A stretch of 64,000 nucleotides of DNA. It comes from Macrostomum lignano. Taxonomy: Eukaryota. This document shows, piece by piece, positions 25,182 to 36,255 of the stretch. The stretch spans positions 372,001-436,000 of the forward strand of contig NIVC01000713.1 of the NCBI GenBank assembly GCA_002269645.1. Direction: 5' to 3'. Position 1 is the first letter of the stretch. Every line of letters starts with the position of its first letter. The notes under the pieces were generated by a model. That model did not search any database, had not been told where the DNA came from, and saw nothing but the letters and a program-made list of their open reading frames with translations. The position numbers were made by a program, and so were the translations under genes.

Positions 25182-25492
25182 GGCAGACACACAGACAGAC
25201 AGACAGACAGGCAGGCAGGCAGGCAGACAGACATTCACCCCCCCCCCCCAAACCGCAGGACCTGGTCCGCAAAGAGCGCGGCGAGCTGAAGCGGGCTAAG
25301 GAAGGCTTGGACACGCTGGCCTACGGCGCCCCGCTGGGCTCCGAGCAGCCCACGGGCAGCAAGTCGGGCAGCGAGCACGCGGCCCGGCTCATAGAGGAGC
25401 GCGACACCCTGCTGCGCACCGGGGTGTACACCCACGAAGACGACATTGTCAGGGAGCTTGAACGCCGAATTCAAGCGGCCGTGGAAGCTTGA
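19629..25492 (+). CDS. CEP120: CEP120 homologue (centriolar protein), 7 exons, about 540 aa: C2A domain plus C-terminal coiled coil
   Basis: Exons: 19629-19656, 21174-21483, 21660-21799, 22115-22494, 24064-24396, 24789-24986, 25259-25492; 1623 nt, phases consistent. [37 protein letters not shown] matches the CEP120 N-terminal C2. [21 protein letters not shown] and [19 protein letters not shown] match the CEP120 C-terminus (recalled family sequence). Confidence 0.9.
20019..20168. mobile_element. 150-bp fold-back element (MITE-like hairpin) in CEP120 intron 1
   Basis: About 64-bp arms (GGAAAGTCA...GAAATTA at 20019-20082, reverse complement at 20105-20168) with few mismatches and a 22-nt spacer. 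Confidence 0.8.
21889..22030 (+). repeat. 18-bp minisatellite GGAGTGAGGTGGGCGCAG, CEP120 intron 3
   Basis: About 7-8 tandem units. Confidence 0.9.
22545..23232. repeat. 30-bp minisatellite (GTCATTAGCTTCCCAGCTCCTCAAATCAGT), CEP120 intron 4
   Basis: About 23 tandem units; generates the false [10 protein letters not shown] tail on ORF 22084-23106. Confidence 0.95.
23627..24055 (-). repeat. 18-bp minisatellite CACCTCACTCCCTGC(A/G)CC, reverse complement of the 21889-22030 array, CEP120 intron 4
   Basis: About 23 units ending at the exon-5 acceptor. Confidence 0.92.
24430..24655. repeat. 35-bp minisatellite (CCGCCCTGGATTTCCGCTCCCCTCTGCATCAGTCT), CEP120 intron 5
   Basis: About 6 identical units. 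Confidence 0.9.
25090..25232. repeat. (GACA)n microsatellite, CEP120 intron 6
   Basis: Directly visible. Confidence 0.95.
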
Positions 25493-26155
25493 CTCAGATA
25501 AAACTTTTGTTAGTTTCTATAAAGCAGCACAATGGTTGTCCCCCACAATCTCTCACGATAATGATGGCTGTTGCTTATTTAGAATTTCAACTTTCTAGTA
25601 CTGTACGTGCAGTCGTATTGAATTTAGTTTTTATATATACTTCTCATTCGCTGCGAAACCATTCGATATGGTTTTTTCACTTGAAATCATACTACTTGTA
25701 GCTGGTTTATGATTATTAGTAATATTGTAATATCTGCCAATGCTGGCTTGGCAGCTCTTCTAGGCCATGAAATCGGGTACTTATTTATTTAGTAATTTTG
25801 CTATTAAAATTTTAGCTCTTACTTACCTTTTCTGCTGTCAGTCTTAAGAAAAATTACATTCGACTTTGTAGAAATTTGTAAATGCTTTGCTTTACTGACT
25901 ACTTATATAATCTTCCTATTGCTATCGACAAGTAGTATTGTAAAATAAAACGTGTTCTTTTTTAGTTAACGCTTCACTAACAAATGACTTTGCTTTTGCT
26001 GGCTTGACTAAAAATATTGGAATACGGTCGAGAGGGTCGTTAGACTTGCGTATTGCAGTAACTCAAATTACTTGGCTATAATTATTGACAATAAAAATAC
26101 CTGGCTTCTGAGTAGTCACTTTATCATGCATATTTTATTGTACTGCATTATATTC

Positions 26156-29100
26156 TCAAGCAATCTGTTTCTGCTGCTTCTGGCCGTTTCTGCTGCCAGC
26201 AGCTGCGGCACCAGCGTTTGACTGCTGCTGCTGCTGCTGCTGCTGCCGACTTTGCCGCAGCTTCTCCCAGCGCACCGTGTCGCTGGTGAGCAGGGCCAGC
26301 TCGGTGAGTCGGCTGCCGTAGCCGGTGGGCGCCGCGGCCAGCCCGCTACCGAACAGGGCGTCTGGAAACTTGTATCGACTCTCCGTCTGCTGCCTTGTAT
26401 GCTGAACCTCTGCTGTGCTTGGCGCTGCTGTTGAGGTGTTCAACGGTTTGCCGATGCAGCGCAATCGAGGCTTTGGCGGCGGCTGCTGCTGCGACGTCGC
26501 CGAGGGTGGTGGCAGCTGCTGGAGACTGGCGCTGTTGCTCGGTGCAGCCGCTGAAGGAGCTGCCACCGTCGCGTCTGTTGCGATTGACCGAAGTTGAGTT
26601 GAGTTGGTTAAGCTGCATGCACAGGATCTCCGACCCTGGATCTATATGCACAGGATCTCCGACCCTGGCTCTATATGCACAGGATCTCCGACCCTGGATC
26701 TATATGCACAGGATCTCCGACCCTGGATCTATATGCACAGGATCTCCGACCCTGGATCTATATGCACAGGATCTCCGACCCTGGATCAAACTCACCTGAT
26801 TTACCTCCGGCATTCGTTGCTCTCCCAGCCGCAGGTGACACAGACACCGCGGCGGAAACAGCAAACAGCTGTTCTCTCGGCAAAATCTGCGATTGAGCGG
26901 TCTTCACCTCCAAATATTGCTGCTGCTGCTGTTGGGAACGGATTTGCTGCTGCAGGGAAGCAAGTGATTGACTTGGCATTGGTCTGCGTCTGTGCCTGGC
27001 TGTCTGCTGCTGTTGCTGCTGACTTCCGGATTGAAACAGTCGTCTTTCTCGTCTGCGTTCTCTGATTACGGAAGTAGTTGCTGCTTGAGGGCTATGAGAC
27101 AGCAATGGAGACTCTTCTTTAGGTGAGTCAGTTAGAACTTCCGGTGTTGTCAAACTGATTGAACCGGGAGAGGTTCTGTAAGGGAATGGGGAAGATCTGT
27201 TTCAGGATGACTTCACGGTCGGACACACAGTTGAGAGCAGACCAGTCAGACACAGACAGATGAGAGCAGATCAGTCAGACACAGATAGATGAGAGCAGAT
27301 CAGTCAGACACACAGACAGATGAGAGCAGATCAGTCAGACACAGACAGATGAGAGCAGATCAGTCAGACACAGACAGATGAGAGCAGATCAGTCAGACAC
27401 ACAGGTGAGAGCAGATCAGTCAGACACAGACAGATGAGAGCAGATCAGTCAGACACACAGACAGGTGAGAGCAGATCAGTCAGACACACAGGTGAGAGCA
27501 GATCAGTATCAGACACACAGACAGATGAGAGCAGATCAGTCAGACACAGACAGATGAGAGCAGATCAGTCAGACACACAGGTGAGAGCAGATCAGTAAGA
27601 CACAGACAGATAAGAGCAGATCAGTCAGACACACAGACAGATGAGAGCAGATCAGTCAGACACAGACAGATGAGAGCAGATCAGTCAGACACACAGACAG
27701 GTGAGAGCAGATCAGTCAGACACACAGACAGATGAGAGCAGATCAGTCAGACACACAGACAGATGAGAGCAGATCAGTCAGACACACAGACAGGTGAGAG
27801 CAGATCAGTCAGACACACAGACAGATGAGAGCAGATCAGTCAGACACAGACAGATGAGAGCAGATCAGTCAGACACAGATAGATGAGAGCAGATCAGTCA
27901 GACACACAGACAGATGAGAGCAGATCAGTCAGACACAGACAGATGAGAGCAGATCAGTCAGACACACAGACAGATGAGAGCAGATCAGTCAGACACAGAC
28001 AGATGAGAGCAGATCAGTCAGACACAGACAGATGAGAGCAGATCAGTCAGACACACAGGTGAGAGCAGATCAGTCAGACACAGACAGATGAGAGCAGATC
28101 AGTCAGACACACAGACAGGTGAGAGCAGATCAGTCAGACACACAGGTGAGAGCAGATCAGTATCAGACACACAGACAGATGAGAGCAGATCAGTCAGACA
28201 CAGACAGATGAGAGCAGATCAGTCAGACACACAGGTGAGAGCAGATCAGTAAGACACAGACAGATAAGAGCAGATCAGTCAGACACACAGACAGATGAGA
28301 GCAGATCAGTCAGACACAGACAGATGAGAGCAGATCAGTCAGACACACAGACAGATGAGAGCAGATCAGTCAGACACACAGACAGGTGAGAGCAGATCAG
28401 TCAGACACACAGACAGATGAGAGCAGATCAGTCAGACACAGACAGATGAGAGCAGATCAGTCAGACACACAGACAGATGAGAGCAGATCAGTCAGACACA
28501 CAGACAGGTGAGAGCAGATCAGTCAGACACACAGACAGATGAGAGCAGATCAGTCAGACACAGACAGATGAGAGCAGATCAGTCAGACACACAGACAGAT
28601 GAGAGCAGATCAGTCAGACACACAGACAGATGAGAGCAGATCAGTCAGACACACAGACAGGTGAGAGCAGATCAGTCAGACACAGACAGATGAGAGCAGA
28701 TCAGTCAGACACACAGACAGATGAGAGCAGATCAGTCAGACACAGACAGATAAGAGCAGATCAGTCAGACACACAGACAGATGAGAGCAGATCAGTCAGA
28801 CACACAGACAGGTGAGAGCAGATCAGTCAGACACACAGACAGATGAGAGCAGATCAGTCAGACACAGACAGATGAGAGCAGATCAGTCAGACACACAGAC
28901 AGATGAGAGCAGATCAGTCAGACACACAGACAGATGAGAGCAGATCAGTCAGACACACAGACAGATGAGAGCAGATCAGTCAGACACACAGACAGATGAG
29001 AGCAGATCAGTCAGACACACAGACAGATGAGAGCAGATCAGTCAGACACACAGACAGGTGAGAGCAGATCAGTCAGACATGCAGATGAGAGCAGATCAGT

Positions 29101-32100
29101 ATCAGACACAGGTGAGTCAGATGAGAGCAGATCAGTCAGACACACACAGGTGAGTGCAGATCAGTCAGACATAGGTGAGTGCAGATCAGTCAGACACACA
29201 CAGGTGAGTGCAGATCAGTCAGACACTGAGACAGGTGAGAGAAGATCAGTCAATCAGGACAACTGCTCATACCAGGTAAATATAAACAGTCTCATTTTCT
29301 ACAGAGCAGCCTCACTGATGCAGTGCGAGTCGGTATCCCACAATCGGCTGGTCCTCTGCCGAAGAAATTCGCCCAGCCGCTTGAGCATCTCTGCAAAGTT
29401 GATGATGGTTATTGAACCCGATGGCGAGTCTGCACCAAGCTGCTTCTAGAGGCATGGTCACTGCAGAATTTCTGGTGTTTGAGTTAGCTGCTGCATGCAA
29501 TGTTTATACACTGTATGATGTAGAAGGCATAAATTCATGTAGGAGGAAGTTAAGCATTGCTCTGGGAAGGGTTCTAAACTATATTTGCAGTGCACAACAA
29601 TAGCCTAATATGAGTTTCTTCCTGAAGAGTGTATCGTCATTGTCAATTATATTCTATAATATGATTATATTTGCTATAGCATCAACGCTGCTCAAGCATC
29701 TATTCTATTCACAGGTATTGGCGGCACTTTTGCACACGCGTTTGCAGTTTGAAGAAGTTGGACTTGGGAGCCCATTGTTAGTAGCGATTTGCCTGGCCTG
29801 ATGATGCTAATGAAGCTAACAGTAACCTGTATTTTATAGCATTTATTGTATTGCAAACTGAAGCCAATTTGGTTAGTGATTTTGACAATCCATTCTGTAT
29901 ATTCACGCGCTCCAGGTAACCGTGACTTAATTATGTCCGTCATTAGTACTGGATCTCGATTTAATCTCTTATACTGAATCCTAAATCCCAATTTCATCTC
30001 ACACAGAGTCCTGAATCCTACTATGATCCCTCACCGAGTCCCGAATCCCAATGCGATCACTCACCGAGTCCCGAATTCCACTGTGACCCCTCACCGAGTC
30101 CCAAAAACCCACTGTGATCCCTCACACCGAGTCCCGAATCCCACTGTGATCCCTCAACGAGTCCCAAAAACCCACTGTGATCCCTCACCGAGTCCCGAAT
30201 CCCACTGTGACCCCTCACCGAGTCCCAAAAAACCACTGTGATCCCTCACACCGAGTCCCGAATCCCACTGTGATCCCTCAACGAGTCCCGAATCCCACTG
30301 TGATCCCTCACCGAGTCCCGAATCCCAATGCGATCACTCACCGAGTCCCGAATTCCACTGTGACCCCTCACCGAGTCCCAAAAACCCACTGTGATCCCTC
30401 ACACCGAGTCCCGAATCCCACTGTGATCCCTCAACGAGTCCCAAAAACCCACTGTGATCCCTCACCGAGTCCCGAATCCCACTGTGACCCTCACCGAGTC
30501 CCAAAAACCTACTGTGATCCCTCAACGAGTCCCGAATCCCACTGTGATCCCTCACCGAGTCCCGAATCCCGCTTTAATCCCTCACCAAATTCCGAATCCC
30601 ACTGTGATCCCTCACCAAATCCCGAATCCCACTGTGATCCCTCACCGAGTTCCGAATCCCACTGCGATCCCTCACCGAGTCCCGAATCCCACTGTGATTC
30701 CTCCCCGAGTCCCGAATCCCACTGTGATCCCTCACCGAGCCCCGAATCCCACTGTGATCCCTCAACGAGTCCCGAATCCCACTGTGATCCCTCACCGAGT
30801 CCCGAATCCCACTGTGACCCCTCACCGAATCCCAAAAACCCACTGTGATCCCTCACCGAGCCCCGAATCCCACTGTGATCCCTCAACGAGTCCCGAATCC
30901 CACTGTGATCCCTCACCGAGTCCCGAATCCCGCTTTAATCCCTCACCGAGTCCCAAAAACCCACTGTAATCCCTCATCGAGTCCCGAATCCCACTGTGAT
31001 CCCTCACCGTTGCTCAATAACCTTCTCTCTGTTGACTTCGCCAGCCTCCACCTTGGCAGCTAGTTCAGCCGCAACTTGACCTGCATCAGTCGGCTCCAGT
31101 CTCAGACCTCCATCCCGTTGAATATCTGGCAGCTGGTGCTGCTCCCAGCCGCTGAGATCACTCGTCAGCTTTGAGAGCCGCATCCTCCGATGCTGCTGCT
31201 TCCCACTGGTGCGAAAGAAGCGCTTCAACTCCTTGCGGATGCTTTGCAGACTGTACGCTGGAGCCGCCGGCGTCGCTGGCGGTGTCGGCGGGCTGGCCGC
31301 AGTCGCCGCGGTTCCGGACAGTCTCTGCCGCGGCTTCGTGACCCGCCTCACAGTCAGGCCGCAAACAGATTCCATTGTTCAGCTTGGCTCGCTCGTAAAA
31401 CGATTTTTGAGCAAGCTAATTTTGGCCACTTATCTAGCCGGGGGGGCCTTCGCACTCATCCATTATTTAAAGAGCCATTCGGGCTTCCTTATCTCAGATT
31501 TTATTGCAGCATGTAAAAATAATTCTTTGGCAATTAAATTAACGATTAATTTGGACAATTCAACGGACAATTAAGTCAAGCTTATCGGCAGACTGACCGA
31601 AGCCTCCTAATTGATGTCTGCAGTTGAGCAAGTCGTCTGACCGACTGGGGGTTTTGACGATGATAAGATTTGACCTGACTTTCTATTCAACTTGGGTAGC
31701 TACATGTAGATGGCGCAGGATTTTTTGGTGCGCGCTTGCCAAATCAGAGGAATTTTACAATTGTCTAATTCTGCCGCTCTGTCTACTGCTCATCCTAATT
31801 GGGTATACTTATCTATCTACTCCTGGCAGTTGTCAGTCTACTTCTAGATCTATTTATCTACCTCTAGATCTACCTGTCTACTAATAGATCTATCTGTCTA
31901 CTTCTAGATCTATCTGTCTACTTCTAGATATATCCGTCCACTTCTAGATCTATCTGTCTACTTCTAGATATATCTGTCCACTTCTAGATCTATCTGTCTA
32001 CTTCTAGATTTATCTGTGTACTTCTAGATCTTTCTGTCAACTCCTAGATATATCTGTCCACTTCTAGATCTTTCTGTCTACTCCTAGATCTATCTGTCCA

Positions 32101-32900
32101 CTTCTAGATCTTTCTGTCTACTCCTAGATCTATCTGTCTACTTCTAGATTTATCTGTGTACTTCTAGATCTTTCTGTCAACTCCTAGATATATCTGTCCA
32201 CTTCTAGATCTTTCTGTCTACTCCTAGATCTATCTGTCCACTTCTAGATCTTTCTGTCTACTCCTAGATCTATCTGTCTACTCCTAGATCTATCTGTCTA
32301 CTTCTAGATCAATTCGTCTAATTCAATCTATCTGACCTATTCAAACACACGAACAGCTGAAGCAGACAATCTAATTCCTTTAAAGCTGAAGCAACCACAT
32401 AACAATAGCAAAAAAGCTGCATGTACTACTCACTTACTGACAATGAATTGATAGACACAAAGAAACGGACGCAGCCGCAGTCGCCGCCATTTTGCTCTCT
32501 TCCAGCTCAGTCGGGACAGAATCAGGCAGTTCTACTTCACCAAGAGGTCTTCTGCGCCGCTGCAACCGGGCTCTCATTCTACCAGCTTCCACTTCGGACC
32601 ACGACAGAAATTTCTTGTCCATATTCTCCGAAAAGGAACGGCGGTTCATTTCAACAGATTTAAAATGTACTTTACTAGCTGGTGAAGTGAAGCTTTGTGC
32701 AACAAAACTTTCTGTCAAAGTGATCTCCATTTTAACAGACTGGAGTTTGTAGGTGTGTAGGCTTTTTATCTTGGGTTTGCACCTTGAATAGCCATACACC
32801 TGGCTAGGGACACTGCGTAAGTGTACGAACTCGCAGACCATTTCATAGACTTTGAGCTCAGACTGGCTCAAACATGGCTGACATGTTTTATCGGAATAGG
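26156..32900 (-). CDS. Uncharacterised multi-exon gene (Q/A/S-rich), model only partly resolved
   Basis: GC-rich open segments with splice signals: about 32900-32438, about 31375-31008 (donor CG|GTGAG), about 29450-29316, 27175-26796, and terminal 26574-26156 ending ...LTELALLTSDTVRWEKLR...QIA*. Phases join for the last two exons but I could not join all upstream ones. No family recognised. Confidence 0.55.
26615..26787. repeat. 30-bp minisatellite (TATATGCACAGGATCTCCGACCCTGGATCT) filling a short intron
   Basis: About 6 units. Confidence 0.9.
27230..29250. repeat. GACA-rich 26-30-bp minisatellite (GAGAGCAGATCAGTCAGACACACAGACAGAT)
   Basis: About 2 kb array with a higher-order re-duplication of variant units. 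Confidence 0.95.
30020..31007. repeat. 30-bp minisatellite (TGATCCCTCACCGAGTCCCGAATCCCACTG)
   Basis: About 32 units; ends at the 31007 donor. Confidence 0.95.
31850..32310. repeat. 20-bp minisatellite (CTTCTAGATCTATCTGTCTA)
   Basis: Tandem units visible. Confidence 0.92.
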
Positions 32901-32949
32901 AAAAACATACATGTAATAGAAGTGATATCTCACCCAGTTCTACTCGACA

Positions 32950-33450
32950 CAATGTGACCAACTCAGCCAACAGTTTCACCAACTCAGAAACAGTTTAACC
33001 AACTCACCAGACACTGTGTGACCAACTCAGACACAGTGTGACCAACTCAGACACCGTGCGATCAACTCAGACACACTATGACCAACTCAGCCAACAGTTT
33101 CACCAACTCAGACACCGTGTGACCAACTCAGACACCGTGTGACCAACTCAGACACCGTGTGACCAACTCAGACACCGTGTGACCAACTCAGACACCGTGT
33201 GACCAACTCAGACACCGTGTGACCAACTCAGACACCGTGTGACCAACTCAGACACCGTGTGACCAACTCAGACACCGTGTGACCAACTCAGACACCGTGT
33301 GACCAACTCAGACACCGTGTGACCAACTCAGACACCGTGTGACCAACTCAGACACCGTGTGACCAACTCAGACACCGTGTGACCAACTCAGACACCGTGT
33401 GATCAACTCAGACACCGTGTGATCAACTCAGACACACTATGACCAACTCA
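32950..33450. repeat. 20-bp minisatellite (GACCAACTCAGACACCGTGT)
   Basis: Long perfect run at about 33100-33410. Confidence 0.95.
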
Positions 33451-34484
33451 AAGACTTTCTAACAAACTCATACACAGCAAGTATTTAAAATATTTGGAAC
33501 GCTTACAAAATTATTGAGCTCATGAAGTTAAAAATTGACAGAGTTAATTATATTGAACCTTTGCCATAAAACTCCTTTTAAAGACAACAAATCAAGATTG
33601 TTATTTTGCACGGACACAATGGTGTGTAATAGAAAAAGAGTCAAATTTAAATGTCCTGGGGGGCAAATTGAAAATTGCTTCTTAACAAATTGTTGGATTG
33701 AGCTGTACCAACCATTCAGTCAATGGAGATGTGTGAGCGCACACTAATGAAAACGGATGTGCGCTGAAAGTCGCACAATGGATAGATGTCTCAGCGAGAG
33801 TACTTACTCAGTGTACTTATAAATGAAAGCTAAAAAGACTGTTCTAAAGAAGCTTAAAATACGTTTAATCTACTAACAACGTCTGGTCAGTAGTAGAATT
33901 GACACATTTTTTGTAATTCACAAGGAAAAGTTCTGTCATGCCAAAAAGAATACACAAAACAGGTGACCCGAATAGCTTGCATGCGCCCTTTTAATTACTT
34001 TTTTAAATAGAAGGACGAATTTCTTAGAGAGCAGGTAAGAAACGCATGTTTGTCGTGTCGCAAAAGCTACTAAAAATAGTTATTAACAATAGTCACGATA
34101 AAACAATAATACACTCGTAAATAATATTAATAATAATGAAAAGGTACAGAGGAGCAATAAGTACAGGCGAGAACAGACTGTTGAAATTAAAATTAGCTAG
34201 TTATGGAAGTAAATTGCATTACCAATATAGTAAATTTTGTTCAATAATTAATTTAATAATTAATAATTTTTTTTTAAATTAATTGGTTGAATGAATTAAT
34301 GAATCAATATAACTAACTTTGCAGATTAATCAAGGATATTCAAACCAGAAAATTAAGCAAACGAATTCCGAACTCAGACAGTGCTTTGTCCCCCAACCCC
34401 TAGCATGACCCCTAGCAAGGCCTATGCAGGCCAACCTTGTGACCCGTTGTGGAAAATCAATAATTGATTCAGAGTGAATAAATA

Positions 34485-34922
34485 TAGCGCCTGCGGCGCC
34501 AAAATGAGTGCCTGTAGCGCCAAAATGAGTGCCTGTATAGCGCCAAAATGAGTGCCTGTAGCGCCAAAATGAGTGCCTGTATAGCGCCAAAATGAGTGCC
34601 TGTAGCGCCAAAATGAGTGCCTGTAGCGCCAAAATGAGTGCCTGCGGCGCTGAAATTAGTGCCTGTAGCGCCAAAATGAGTGCCTGCGGCGCTGAAATGA
34701 GTGCCTGTATAGCGCCAAAATGAGTGCCTGTAGCGCCAAAATGAGTGCCTGTATAGCGCCAAAATGAGTGCCTGTATAGCGCCAAAATGAGTGCCTGTAG
34801 CGCCAAAATGAGTGCCTGTAGCGCCAAAATGAGTGCCTGCGGCGCCAAAATGAGTGCCTGTAGCGCCAAAATGAGTGCCTGTAGCGCCAAAATGAGTGCC
34901 TGCGGCGCTGAAATGAGCGCTG
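34485..34922. repeat. 21/23-bp minisatellite (TAGCGCCAAAATGAGTGCCTG)
   Basis: About 20 units. Confidence 0.92.
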
Positions 34923-35229
34923 ACAAAACCGATTTTGAAAATAATGTACGTACATGTTGAATTCTTGGCTTTGCCCCCCCCCTCCACTATTGAATCCATG
35001 GCGACGCCCCTAAGAAAAAGAATAAGTGCAAAAAAGAAGAGTTGCCGGTTTCAGTGCTGGGAACTGGCGCTGTAATCGCGTTTAGCTGACAGGACGGTCG
35101 CCTTTGTGCGTGCTTGCGCGGGCTGTTCTTTGTGCCGGCGTGTGGGGGGTGGGGGTGCGCGGCGCGGGGTGCTGGGGCGGTTGGCCTTTTTTTGGCCTCG
35201 GTTGGCCTCGCAATTTTTTTTAAGAAATC

Positions 35230-36220
35230 ATGCATCGCATAGACCAACTAACAGCCAGACAGCTCAGGAGTGAGCTGAGTGATCTAGGGCTACCAACTGC
35301 AGGTAACGAATCAACCCTGCAAGCCAGACTGCGGCAGCACACCGAGCAGGCGGCGACTCAAAATGACGTGGCAAGCCCAACACTGGCAGCTCCTGCAGCA
35401 TCCGACGCGCGAGCCGAGCTTCGGGGCCGGGACTCTGTGGAGGCGGACCTGGACGGCGAGATTCGACGAGCGCAAAAGCGGCTGCAGCTCTTAGAACTCC
35501 AGACGCGCGAGCGAGAGCTGAGCGAGCGAGCTGGTGCAACTTCTCGCAGCGAATCAGGTGAGCAGCAAAACCTCCTTGATGAGATTTTCAACCCAGCAGG
35601 GGCAGCCGTGCAGCGGCGGCCAGGGCAGGCATGTCTGCTTGTCAAAGACTTCGTCGACGACCTATCTGGCCAGGCAGACGAAATGCTCACTCGCGGCAGG
35701 CAGCTCAGGCGGCCTGGTTCTGAGGAAATCAGCAGCCAAGTTGGACGGCCTGACCGTCGGACAGTGGCTAGCCGGCAGCATGAGGATCCTGCTGCAGATG
35801 CTCGAGGAGACAAAGACGCAGGTGACGAACAAGGGCCGCCCCTACAGCACGAATGAACAAATCAAGGACTACGCCCAGTATAACATCCAGGTGGCCGAGC
35901 TATTCGACAGGTTCCCGGTGCACCGGGTGGTCAGATTCGACCACGACTACCGCCAGCATCACGCAGCCAACAATCTGCGATGGGGCAAGGATTGCGCTCA
36001 GATGTCAATCAGGCACCTGCTCAGCTCCAGAGGGGAGCAGCAAAACCAGACCAATAAGCGCCAACACCGCACCTCTTCGGGACCGCGCACCTCTTCGGGC
36101 CGCGAACTATGCCTGTCCTTCAACAGCACTGGCGGTTGCGCTAGAAACCACTGCCGATTCCTTCACGCCTGTCGTATCTGCGAGGGCAGCCATTCCGAGC
36201 AGAACCATCCAAAAAACTGA
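35230..36220 (+). CDS. DIRS/Ngaro gag-like ORF1 with N-terminal SAP-like motif; one frameshift near 35690
   Basis: DQLTARQLRSELSDLGLPTAGNESTLQARL (SAP-like). After a frame switch: KLDGLTVGQWLAGSMRIL, YNIQVAELF, FDHDYRQHHA, CLSFNSTGGCARNHCRFLHACRICEGSH. Confidence 0.75.
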
Positions 36221-36255
36221 GCGAGCGCGCCAACCGGGCGCGCGACTCCAATTTT

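Noticed and set aside
30023-31063. Pro/Ser-rich repeat-protein ORFs
   Set aside because: Products of a 30-bp tandem array.
32950-33450. Possible CRISPR-like array (also considered for other regular repeats)
   Set aside because: Units are head-to-tail with no unique spacers, no cas genes are present, and the context is eukaryotic.
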